64,000 nt of DNA, from positions 224,001 to 288,000 of the forward strand of contig CBDCYI010000004.1 in assembly GCA_965224085.1 (NCBI GenBank). The letters are read 5' to 3'. The position numbers and the translations under genes were made by a program. Positions 30,005-38,363 of this stretch are shown here, in pieces. Numbering within the stretch: the first letter of the stretch is position 1; each line of letters opens with the position of its first letter. The notes below the pieces were generated by a model. The model made no database searches. It was not told the origin of the DNA and worked only from the letters and a program-made list of their open reading frames with translations. The stretch comes from Candidatus Marinacidobacterales bacterium (GTDB lineage Bacteria > Acidobacteriota > Vicinamibacteria > Marinacidobacterales > SMYC01).

Positions 30005-32037
30005 GTCGGGTCGGAGGGGGCGCACCGCAGCGCTGACCCCCGTCCGCCGCTCAAACCGGACATACAGTTTTCCCGTATCCGGCTTTCACAAAGGTTGGAT
30101 TATTCATCGCGGCTTGATGGAAGGAATCAGGAAGACAAAGCGTACGAGGCCCATCTCATCGTAGAGCTGACGCTCCGGGAGCTGCTTCCACCCCCGACAG
30201 CGCCAGCGTTTGAACCGATGCGACCAGATACGTCGCAGGATCCAACGATCGAGACGCGCGAAGAGCTTGCGGACGTGAGCTTTATGATAGTAAAGACCCC
30301 AACCGCGAATAACCGGGTTGATCTCGTCGATTAGCTGCTGCGTACTCACAGGAGCTTTGCGACAGGTCCGTCGCCGAATCTGATCCTTGAAGTGCTGGAG
30401 CGACTTCTGTCGAGGGTACGCGTACAGGTCACCCTTGCGGACACCCGTACGGATCTTGTGTGAGGGTAGGGCCAAAGGGCGACTACCCCGCTTGATCTTG
30501 TATCCCAAGAACTCGAAGCCGTGTGCAACGTGAACGATACGAGTCTTCTCCACGTTCAAGGTTACACCCAACGTCGTAAGGATCATCCGGGCTTCGGCCA
30601 GCACCTTCTGGGCCTCTGCCTTGGTGCAGCATGTCACGACCCAGTCGTCGGCATACCGCGTCAGGCGATAGCCACGATGGCGCATCTCCCGATCAAACGG
30701 AGTCAAAAGGACGTTACTTAAGATCGGTGAGACCACACCGCCTTGCGGTGCACCTTGCTCGGTCGGGAGCCGTCTCCCCTCCGCCATGCAGCCTGCTTTG
30801 AGCATGCTGCGAATAAGACGAAGGACGCGACCATCCGACACTCGCTTGGCAACAAGAGCGAGGAGCTTCTCATGGTCCACAGTCCCAAAGAAATTGGAAA
30901 GATCCGCATCCACGATCCACTCGTAACCCTCTTCGATCTCTTGCCAGATCTTGCGTAAAGCATCCTTTGTCGATCTTCCTCGTCGATATCCGAAGCTGGC
31001 GGCATCGAACACCTGCTCGAAGATCGGTTCCAACCGGTTCTGCAGTGCCTGCTGACACACGCGGTCATAAACGGCCGGAATGCCGAGCGGGCGGAACTTT
31101 CCCGGTTGTCCAGCCTTGGGAATGAGTTTCTGCCGAACAGGTAGTGGACGATAGGCATCGGTCTTGAGCTCCTCATGGAGTCGGTTGAGGTGCGCATCAA
31201 GCTGCTCCTCAAACTCGTCCAGAGTTTGTCCATCGATGCCACCGGCACCCTTGTTCCGCTTCACTCGGTTCCAGGCCAGCTCCAAGTTCTTCCGCTTGTA
31301 TATCTTGTCCACCAGAGAGTGGACCTTCCTCTCACCCGTTGGGTTCAACCAGGCCGACAGTTTCCTCGGACGATCACTTCTGGGTCTTTCACTAAAGGAA
31401 CTTATCCGCGTCATCGCCCTTACTCGTCTGTCATCCTTGTTGTCACCAACCACCTTTGCCAGCCCCCTTCCCCAGCCCACTCGGCTGCCGATCTCTCGAT
31501 CACACGACTTTCACCGCGCTTCAGGTACTATTGGGCTGTCCGACGACTCACCCGGCTTCACTTCCCATTTCGCTCTCGCTTATAGGGTCGCTTATCCCGA
31601 CGCCACTCGGGAACCCAATGAGCCCTCCTGGGGTCACGTCCAGATCTTCCGTACCGTGCCGTCCGCAAACACCTTGATTCGGTGGGTGAATGAGAACGCC
31701 TTCGCCTCCATAGTGCAGGCTCGACCTTGCCCCACCTTTGGCCGACCGGTTCATCAACGGGGTCGCCCCCTCGATTACGGCCCGGTACTGCTCCGCATAC
31801 CCTTCAGATTCCACCTCGCGGTGGACACCCTGTCCTCCAGTTGTCCAGTGGACAGAACCCGAACTTAGGTACATCCCCTTGGCAGTAGCCATCGTTTCCA
31901 ACTTCGTGCCCGTTTAGGGTTCTCCTTATCCGCGTTCCCCGGCCAGCGAGGCGTTACCCCCGCTTTTGGATATGGCGCTCCTCATCCGAGCACCAGAGGG
32001 ACTTCAACCTTCCTGATCTGGACGCTGCCCAGCACAC
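30005..32037 (-). mobile_element. Group II intron B nested in intron A (twintron)
   Basis: Starts GTGTG at 32037, ends ...CCGACCCGAC at 30005; domain V AAGCCGGATACGGGAAAACTGTATGTCCGGTTT; removal restores GATTCATAGT|ACTGAGG exactly as in the uninterrupted right copy. Confidence 0.92.
30104..31414 (-). CDS. ltrA: Group II intron B reverse transcriptase/maturase (no endonuclease domain); start codon uncertain
   Basis: NKGAGGIDG, RPLGIP, SFGYRRGRS, GAPQGGVVSP, RYADDW, INPVIRGWGLYY. Confidence 0.92.
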   Translation of the reverse strand: MTRISSFSERPRSDRPRKLSAWLNPTGERKVHSLVDKIYKRKNLELAWNRVKRNKGAGGIDGQTLDEFEEQLDAHLNRLHEELKTDAYRPLPVRQKLIPKAGQPGKFRPLGIPAVYDRVCQQALQNRLEPIFEQVFDAASFGYRRGRSTKDALRKIWQEIEEGYEWIVDADLSNFFGTVDHEKLLALVAKRVSDGRVLRLIRSMLKAGCMAEGRRLPTEQGAPQGGVVSPILSNVLLTPFDREMRHRGYRLTRYADDWVVTCCTKAEAQKVLAEARMILTTLGVTLNVEKTRIVHVAHGFEFLGYKIKRGSRPLALPSHKIRTGVRKGDLYAYPRQKSLQHFKDQIRRRTCRKAPVSTQQLIDEINPVIRGWGLYYHKAHVRKLFARLDRWILRRIWSHRFKRWRCRGWKQLPERQLYDEMGLVRFVFLIPSIKPR

Positions 32038-32433
32038 ACTATGAATCGGTCCGACTTCCGGCCTCAGCTCAGCACCGCGCTTCGGTTTTCCCTTGCGCGA
32101 CGCCCCCATCGGTGACCATTCCGATGGACCCGGCCGGACCTCCTGGGTCCCGAAAGGAACTCTTCGTACGTGATGTGGTCCACGACCCCGGCGGAGCGTA
32201 ACCATCTCGCGATAGCGATGGCCCACATGCTGCCTTCATTGACGGGAATCAACTCGGCCTTCCGCGATATTCAGCATTTCGAGGCTACATTCACACACCC
32301 TGCACGACCCCTGTCTACGCTTCGGACCCCGCGTTGCCACGACGCCCGCAAGACTCGGTCCCGACCTGTCCGCTACGACTTTTGGTCGGATTGGACTTCC
32401 ACCCATAGGCTCCTTTCAGTTAGCCCAGCGCAC

Positions 32434-32470
32434 TCCCGTCGGATGTTGAATTTGGTCGGGTAGCGGCGGC
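32434..32470 (+). repeat. Inner part of the IS256 terminal inverted repeat downstream of the transposase
   Basis: TCCCGTCGGATGTTGAATTTGGTCGGGTAGCGGCGGC, inverted relative to 33846-33879. Confidence 0.85.
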
Positions 32471-32484
32471 ACCTGTGAATACTC

Positions 32485-33780
32485 TTAGGCAGCAAACTCA
32501 TCGCTGTCAAGAGATTTCTGTTTGCTTCTAAGCGCGTGAACGAGAGCGCCCATATGGCGATAGCCTTTGATACGCCGGAACTTCTTCTCCGCCGTGACGA
32601 CGCCGAGAGCGGTCCATCGGCGAACCATCGAAGGACTCTTCCAACGCTTGACGTTTCTCGATACTCTTCGAATGGTTCCGTTGAGATTCTCAATGGCGTT
32701 CGTCGTGGCAAGAGACTGGCGAAGTAACTCGGGCAGAGCGAGCTTCACGACCGTGAGCGTCTCTTCCATCCCTTCGCGAAGGCTTCCGGCAGCTTCATCG
32801 TGGCTGTTTCGCTCGAGCCACGACACCAATGCCTGAAGTCGCTTGCGCGCCTTGTCGGCACTCTTGCACTTGTAGGCTTTCTTCATCGTCTGGAGCACGT
32901 AGGCGTGACGAGACTTGGGAAGGTACGAGCGAAGATTTCGGAGTTTATGGATCTGGCACCTTTGGATGACCGCGAGATCCCCCAACACGTCGACGAGTGC
33001 CTTGCGGATACCTTTGCCTCCGTCCACTACACAGAGAATCGACTCATCGACGCGCAAGCCTCGCTCGAGAAGGTCCTGCAACATCGCGGTGCACACCCGA
33101 GAGTTTTCCGTCGAGCCCAGCCATATACCCAGGGGCACCTTCGTTCCATCTATTGTGATACCGAGAGTTACGACGACGGTCTGGCCGGCCACCTCAAGGC
33201 CATCCATCATCAGTGCCGCAAGTTCGTACTCCTCTAGCCGCCGAGACAGGTATTGCTCGAGCTTCTTCGTCGTCTGGCTTACGAGGTGACGGCTGGCGGC
33301 ACTCTTGCTCGTGCCACGAGACTTCAACTTGGCCGCGGGTTTGTCCAGACTCCGTTCGTAATTTCGGGTCGATACCCCCACCAAGATCTGATTCAACACT
33401 CGCTCTGGAAGCGGGTCTTCTTCGCGGAAGGCTTCGAAGTGTGGAAGCGACGCCTCCTCACCAGACTTCGAACGCACTCGAGGTCGCGACACTTGGATGC
33501 GACGACCACCGAAGCTCAGCTCTCCGTTCGTGCTCCCCCAGTGGTTATGAGTTCGCTTCTTCTCGTGCTTGCCCTTCGGTCCCGCGATCTCCTCGGCGTC
33601 CTCTCTGAGCAGTAGGTGCAGAGCTGTCAGTCCTTGCTCGTACACCCATTCCGTCAGGTCCGCCTTCGTGGCAGCGATCCCAGCTATCATCGGTAGCAGT
33701 ATCTGACCGACTTGGCCAACTACCTTGCCCGTAGGCGAGTGCGTTTGCTTTTTTACTGGCTTCTTTGATTTCCTAGGCAT
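32485..33780 (-). CDS. IS256-family (Mutator-like) transposase
   Basis: GVSTRNY, LMMDG, VVDGGKG, IQRCQIHKLRN, TTNAIENLN; 431 aa, intact. Confidence 0.92.
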   Translation of the reverse strand: MPRKSKKPVKKQTHSPTGKVVGQVGQILLPMIAGIAATKADLTEWVYEQGLTALHLLLREDAEEIAGPKGKHEKKRTHNHWGSTNGELSFGGRRIQVSRPRVRSKSGEEASLPHFEAFREEDPLPERVLNQILVGVSTRNYERSLDKPAAKLKSRGTSKSAASRHLVSQTTKKLEQYLSRRLEEYELAALMMDGLEVAGQTVVVTLGITIDGTKVPLGIWLGSTENSRVCTAMLQDLLERGLRVDESILCVVDGGKGIRKALVDVLGDLAVIQRCQIHKLRNLRSYLPKSRHAYVLQTMKKAYKCKSADKARKRLQALVSWLERNSHDEAAGSLREGMEETLTVVKLALPELLRQSLATTNAIENLNGTIRRVSRNVKRWKSPSMVRRWTALGVVTAEKKFRRIKGYRHMGALVHALRSKQKSLDSDEFAA

Positions 33781-33845
33781 TGGTGGCTCCTTGTCCCCCT
33801 CTGGAGACGGTTGTTTGGCAGACCTATTTTTAGGCCGGCCAAGGA

Positions 33846-33879
33846 GCCGCCGCTACCCCAAATTCAACATCCGGCGGGA
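33846..33879 (-). repeat. Inner part of the IS256 terminal inverted repeat upstream of the transposase
   Basis: Reverse complement TCCCGCCGGATGTTGAATTTGGGGTAGCGGCGGC. Confidence 0.85.
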
Positions 33880-35772
33880 GTGCGCTGGGCTAACTGAAAG
33901 GAGCCTATGGGTGGAAGTCCAATCCGACCAAAAGTCGTAGCGGACAGGTCGGGACCGAGTCTTGCGGGCGTCGTGGCAACGCGGGGTCCGAAGCGTAGAC
34001 AGGGGTCGTGCAGGGTGTGTGAATGTAGCCTCGAAATGCTGAATATCGCGGAAGGCCGAGTTGATTCCCGTCAATGAAGGCAGCATGTGGGCCATCGCTA
34101 TCGCGAGATGGTTACGCTCCGCCGGGGTCGTGGACCACATCACGTACGAAGAGTTCCTTTCGGGACCCAGGAGGTCCGGCCGGGTCCATCGGAATGGTCA
34201 CCGATGGGGGCGTCGCGCAAGGGAAAACCGAAGCGCGGTGCTGAGCTGAGGCCGGAAGTCGGACCGATTCATAGTACTGAGGAAGCTATCGAAGGCAACG
34301 AGATGGTGGAGGGAAGGGATCGGCCTGGAGGGAACCCACGGGAGAGGGCTAAGGTCCGGACACAGCGCCGGGTCGCCTTACCGCCAAATCTCACGCGGGT
34401 GAACGAAGCAGCGAAGCGAGATAGAAAGGCTCGGTTCACTGCGTTGCTGCATCACGTGGATCACGAAGCGCTCTATCGAGCGTTTCGTCGGTTGAAGCGC
34501 AGCGCAAGCGCTGGTGTCGACGGAGAGACTGTCGCCGATTACGAGAAGAACTTCGTGAGCAACATCAAGGATCTTTGCTCGCGGGTACACGCCGGTCGCT
34601 ACCGACCACTACCGGTGCGGCGCGTGTACATTCCTAAGTCGGATGGCGGAAAGCGCCCTCTTGGCATCCCCGCACTGGAAGACAAGATTGTCCAAGGAGC
34701 GGTAGCCGAGGTTTTGAGCGCCGTCTACGAAGTCGATTTCATCGGGTTCTCGTACGGGTTTCGGCCCGGACGGAGCCCGCACCAAGCGTTGCACGCGCTC
34801 CACACCGCGCTCATGACGCAACGCGTGAACTGGGTTCTCGACGCGGACATCCGCAAGTTCTTCGACTCGGTGGACCACGAGTGGTTGATGCGGATGCTTT
34901 CGCACCGGGTCGCCGACAAACGCATCCTTCGACTCATCCGTCAGTGGTTGCGAGCCGGCGTACTGGAGAAAGGAGAGTGGAGCGAGACAACTGAAGGGAC
35001 ACCGCAAGGGGCAGGTGTGAGCCCGCTCTTGGCTAACGTCTTTCTGCACTACGTTCTAGATCTGTGGGTTCATCGATGGCGCCGGCTCGAAGCACAAGGC
35101 CGTATTTCCATCGTGCGATACGCTGACGACTTCGTCATGGGCTTCCAGCATCGGACCGATGCCAGCAGGATGATGAGAGCGCTCAAGGAGCGACTAGCCC
35201 GATTCGGGCTTGCGCTCCACGAGAACAAGACCCGTTTGCTCGAGTTCGGGAGATTACCTTCCTTGTCACGCGAGCAACGGGGCCTTCGGCGGTGTGCGAC
35301 GTTCGCTTTCCTGGGTTTCACTCATTATTGTGGGAGAACCCGCGATGGCCGTTTCGTCGTGAAGCGCAAAACGCAGAGCCAGCGGCTACGAGCCAAACTC
35401 AAGTCGCTACGGCTTCGCGCGAAGCAACGTATGCATGCTCCAGTCGCCGTCCAGCATCGCTGGCTTTGCCAGGTGCTGCGCGGTCACTACGCGTACTACG
35501 GACTTCCCAGCAACATCCGCTCTCTCCAATCCTTTTCTGAGGAGGTGACACGGTTGTGGTTTCGAAGCCTTCGTCGGCGGAGTCAGCGCCGAATGACCTG
35601 GCCTCGTTTTCACTTGTTGTTGGAGCGCTTTCCCCTACCAGTCCCTCACCTCACTCCGTCCCGACTACCTTGCCTTGTCTGATTTCGGGTATACCTTCAG
35701 GAGGAGCCGAGTGCGGGAAAGCCGCACGCTCGGATCTGTGAGGGCGAAAGCCGAATGGCTGAGCTACTCGAC
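33880..35772 (+). mobile_element. Group II intron A, right copy (uninterrupted, 1893 nt)
   Basis: GTGCG start, domain V/VI at about 35704-35772, ends AC; RT ORF inside. Confidence 0.93.
34303..35682 (+). CDS. ltrA: Group II intron A reverse transcriptase/maturase (no endonuclease domain); start codon uncertain
   Basis: Translation identical to 28598-29977; YADD motif. Confidence 0.92.
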   Translation: MVEGRDRPGGNPRERAKVRTQRRVALPPNLTRVNEAAKRDRKARFTALLHHVDHEALYRAFRRLKRSASAGVDGETVADYEKNFVSNIKDLCSRVHAGRYRPLPVRRVYIPKSDGGKRPLGIPALEDKIVQGAVAEVLSAVYEVDFIGFSYGFRPGRSPHQALHALHTALMTQRVNWVLDADIRKFFDSVDHEWLMRMLSHRVADKRILRLIRQWLRAGVLEKGEWSETTEGTPQGAGVSPLLANVFLHYVLDLWVHRWRRLEAQGRISIVRYADDFVMGFQHRTDASRMMRALKERLARFGLALHENKTRLLEFGRLPSLSREQRGLRRCATFAFLGFTHYCGRTRDGRFVVKRKTQSQRLRAKLKSLRLRAKQRMHAPVAVQHRWLCQVLRGHYAYYGLPSNIRSLQSFSEEVTRLWFRSLRRRSQRRMTWPRFHLLLERFPLPVPHLTPSRLPCLV

Positions 35773-35779
35773 CATCCCC

Positions 35780-35787
35780 CCCGGCAG
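35780..35787 (+). repeat. Right target-site duplication CCCGGCAG
   Basis: Matches 28493-28500. Confidence 0.85.
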
Positions 35788-35882
35788 GGCTTCGCTTCTG
35801 TCACGACCCTCGAACACGACTTGGCCGTTCACGAGGACGAGCTCGACCCCGCGAGCATATTGATGAGGCTGGCGGAATGTCA
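35780..35882 (-). pseudogene. Remnant C-terminus of a D-aminoacylase-like amidohydrolase, split by the IS (continues left of 28493)
   Basis: Reconstructed empty site reads TFRQPHQYARGVELVLVNGQVVFEGRDRSEALPG|HVLRG, resembling the C-terminal ...VNG...PGRVLRG of D-aminoacylases. Confidence 0.65.
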
Positions 35883-35917
35883 GCCATCGCGAACGATGAG
35901 CGGGCTACTGCAATTAT

Positions 35918-35956
35918 GATATTGAAATTGACTTTCACTTTCAGAAGAGCTATATT
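35918..35956 (+). promoter_or_regulatory. Sigma70-type promoter overlapped by a Fur-box-like site upstream of bfd-bfr
   Basis: TTGACT(35928)-17 nt-TATATT(35951); GATATTGAAATTGACTTTC matches 13/19 of GATAATGATAATCATTATC. Confidence 0.65.
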
Positions 35957-35963
35957 GGGCTCG

Positions 35964-36170
35964 ATGATCGTTTGTCTCTGTAAAGGCGTGACTGACCGCA
36001 CCATCCGTACGCTCGTGCGCGAGGGCGCGTGCTCCATCCGGGACGTCGGACGCGCGTGCGACGCGGGCCGTACCTGCGGCGGCTGCCGACCGACGATCGA
36101 CCGGCTCGTTGCGACAGAGACGAGGCAGCGCAAGTCGCCTCGCGGTATGATGAAGGGTCATGAAAGGTGA
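35964..36170 (+). CDS. bfd: Bacterioferritin-associated [2Fe-2S] ferredoxin
   Basis: MIVCLCKGVTD...CGGC, directly upstream of bfr. Confidence 0.9.
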   Translation: MIVCLCKGVTDRTIRTLVREGACSIRDVGRACDAGRTCGGCRPTIDRLVATETRQRKSPRGMMKGHER

Positions 36171-36630
36171 TGCAAAGATCATCGAAGCCCTCAACGACGT
36201 CCTGACCGCCGAGCTCACCGCCATCAACCAGTATTTCGTGCATGCCAAGATGTGCGAGAACTGGGGCTATAAACGCCTCGCCAATAAAAAGCGCGACGAG
36301 TCCATCGAGGAGATGAAACACGCCGATAGCGTGATTCTCCGGATTCTCTTTCTCGACGGCATCCCGAATATGCAGCGCCTCAGCCCGGTGCGCGTCGGCG
36401 AGGAAGCGGTCGAGCAGCACAAGCTCGATTTGGAGCTCGAGCTCGACGCCATAACAAGGCTGAACGACACGATCGCGCTTTGTCGCGAGAAGGGCGATAA
36501 CGGCACGCGCGAGCTACTCGACAGCATCTTGAAAGAAGAAGAGGACAGCGTCGATTGGCTCGAGGCACAGCTCCATCTCGCCGAAGAAGTGGGCCGCGAG
36601 CGCTACCTCGCCGAGCAGATCAATTCTTAG
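36160..36630 (+). CDS. bfr: Bacterioferritin
   Basis: MKGD..IIEALN..LTAELTAINQYFVH, EEMKHAD, RILFLDGIPN. Confidence 0.95.
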   Translation: MKGDAKIIEALNDVLTAELTAINQYFVHAKMCENWGYKRLANKKRDESIEEMKHADSVILRILFLDGIPNMQRLSPVRVGEEAVEQHKLDLELELDAITRLNDTIALCREKGDNGTRELLDSILKEEEDSVDWLEAQLHLAEEVGRERYLAEQINS

Positions 36631-38329
36631 AGGTCTCGAAGATCTTGAAAACGGGTGGCGCTTCCGGAATCGCGGCGCCGTCATGCCTTGGCTCGGACGC
36701 GCCGAAATGCACGCCGTCGCCGTTCGACATCACCGCTTGACCGAAACCGAAGCGTCCCGTTCGCGGTGGGATGACCTCGATTTCGTGACCTAGCCCTTCG
36801 AGTTTCGTACGCACCGTCTCGGGAATGAGCGACTCCATCCGCACGTCACAGCCGTCGAAGCTTCCTTTGGTGAAACGTCCTGCTTCGAGGGATTGCTGGA
36901 TGTTCATGCCGTAATCAACGATGTTCGCGACGAACTGCGCGTGGGCCTGCGACTGGTTCCAGCCGCCCATGATCCCGAAGCCGATGCGCACATCGTCCTT
37001 CTCCATGAACGCGGGGATGATCGTATGGAGCGGCCGCTTTCGCGGCTCGAGCGTGTTTGGTTGGTCAGGCTCCATCGTAAACAGCGCCCCGCGATTGTGC
37101 AGCATGAAACCTGCGCCCGGTGGCACGAGCCCGGATCCGAAGCCGCCATAGTTGCTCTGAATGAGGGAAACGATGTTGCCGTCCCGATCGATTACCGACA
37201 GATAGATCGTGTCCCCGCCTTCGGCGTCGGTAACGGTGCGAAACTCCGAAGGCGTCACGACGCATGCCGCCTTTTGGGCATCAATGAGTTTGGCGCGCTC
37301 GGCCGCGTGCGCTTTGTCGAGCATGTCAGGTACCGGGATCTCGGAGAAGCGCGCATCCCCCACGTAGTGAAGCATGTCGGCATAAGCGAGCTTCTTGGCT
37401 TCGACCATCACGTGAAGCGCTTTCGCGCTGTGAAAACCGTACTCGCCGAGGGGATAGCGTTCCATCAAGTTAAGCATCATGAGCGCAGCGATGCCTTGAG
37501 TGTTGGGTCCGATCTCGCTCACGGTCCAACCGCGATAAGTCGTTTGGATCGGCGCCATCCATTCGGGCTCGTACTCGGCAAGATCCGCCGCTCGGAAGAC
37601 GCCGCCGGTTTCTTCCGAGATGGCAAGAATGGCTTTCGCAGTCGGGCCTTTGTAGTAACCGTCGCGGCCGTGCTCGGCCACCCGGCGCAGCGACGCTGCA
37701 AGGTCCGGGTTCTTGAAGACCTCCCCCGCTTTCGGCGCGCGGCCGTCAATCAAAAACGTCTTCTTGGAGTTCGGGTGGCTCGCAAGCATTTCTTCCGAGC
37801 GCTTCCAACCAGAAGCAATGACTTCGGAAAGTGGAAAGCCGTTCTCTGCGTAGTGGATCGCGGGGGCCAAAATTTCCGAGAGCGGCAGCTTGCCGAGCCG
37901 TCCGGCAAGAGCGTCCCATCCCGCAACGACCCCGGGCACCGTCACGCTGTAGATGCCGCGCCGGGGCATCGCCTCGATGTCCTTGGACGCGAGGTGCTCG
38001 ATGTCCAGCGCTTTCGGCGCCCAGCCGCTCGCGTTCAAACCGAGGAACTCACCTGTCTTCGCCATATAGATGATCGCGAAAAGATCGCCGCCTATCCCGT
38101 TGCCCGTCGGCTCCATGAGGCCGATGGTCGCATTGGCCGCGATGGCCGCGTCGATCGCGTTTCCGCCTCGTTCGAGAATTTGAACGCCGGCACGCGCGGC
38201 GAGGGGTTGGCTCGCGGCCACAATGCCATATTCGGTCGCCACCATAGAGCGGCCAACGACCGGATCTTCGGCCAACGATGTTGTCGCGATGGAAAGCATT
38301 AGCAGGCTCCAAAATGCGATCTTTTTCAT
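36620..38329 (-). CDS. ggt: Gamma-glutamyltransferase
   Basis: Signal peptide, GGNAIDAAIA, GIGGDLF, DTIYLS autoprocessing Thr, KRPLHTIIP. Confidence 0.92.
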   Translation of the reverse strand: MKKIAFWSLLMLSIATTSLAEDPVVGRSMVATEYGIVAASQPLAARAGVQILERGGNAIDAAIAANATIGLMEPTGNGIGGDLFAIIYMAKTGEFLGLNASGWAPKALDIEHLASKDIEAMPRRGIYSVTVPGVVAGWDALAGRLGKLPLSEILAPAIHYAENGFPLSEVIASGWKRSEEMLASHPNSKKTFLIDGRAPKAGEVFKNPDLAASLRRVAEHGRDGYYKGPTAKAILAISEETGGVFRAADLAEYEPEWMAPIQTTYRGWTVSEIGPNTQGIAALMMLNLMERYPLGEYGFHSAKALHVMVEAKKLAYADMLHYVGDARFSEIPVPDMLDKAHAAERAKLIDAQKAACVVTPSEFRTVTDAEGGDTIYLSVIDRDGNIVSLIQSNYGGFGSGLVPPGAGFMLHNRGALFTMEPDQPNTLEPRKRPLHTIIPAFMEKDDVRIGFGIMGGWNQSQAHAQFVANIVDYGMNIQQSLEAGRFTKGSFDGCDVRMESLIPETVRTKLEGLGHEIEVIPPRTGRFGFGQAVMSNGDGVHFGASEPRHDGAAIPEAPPVFKIFETSKN

Positions 38330-38363
38330 GACGCCACCTTTCGTATCCGTGAGTGCAAATATT

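Larger units (their letters stand above)
28508..32433 (-). mobile_element. Group II intron A, left copy (contains nested intron B)
   Basis: Starts GTGCG at 32433, ends ...CTACTCGAC at 28508; domain V GAGCCGAGTGCGGGAAAGCCGCACGCTCGGATC; mirror image of 33880-35772. Confidence 0.92.
28501..35779 (-). mobile_element. IS256-family element (~1460 bp net) with both terminal inverted repeats interrupted by group II introns
   Basis: After removing introns the ends read GGGGATG|TCCCG(T/C)CGGATGTTGAATTTGG (28/29 identical); 8-bp flanking direct repeat; IS256 transposase inside. Confidence 0.9.

Noticed and set aside
34087-34302. N-terminal extension of the right RT (531-aa ORF), and the different N-terminus of the 475-aa left ORF
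   Set aside because: These extensions run through ribozyme sequence (intron A 5' domains, or intron B's 3' end) and are ORF-calling artefacts.
28598-35682. Retron, DGR or defence-associated RT system with three RTs
   Set aside because: All three RTs have maturase X domains and sit within GUGYG...AC boundaries with domain V/VI. No msr/msd or TR/VR repeats are seen.
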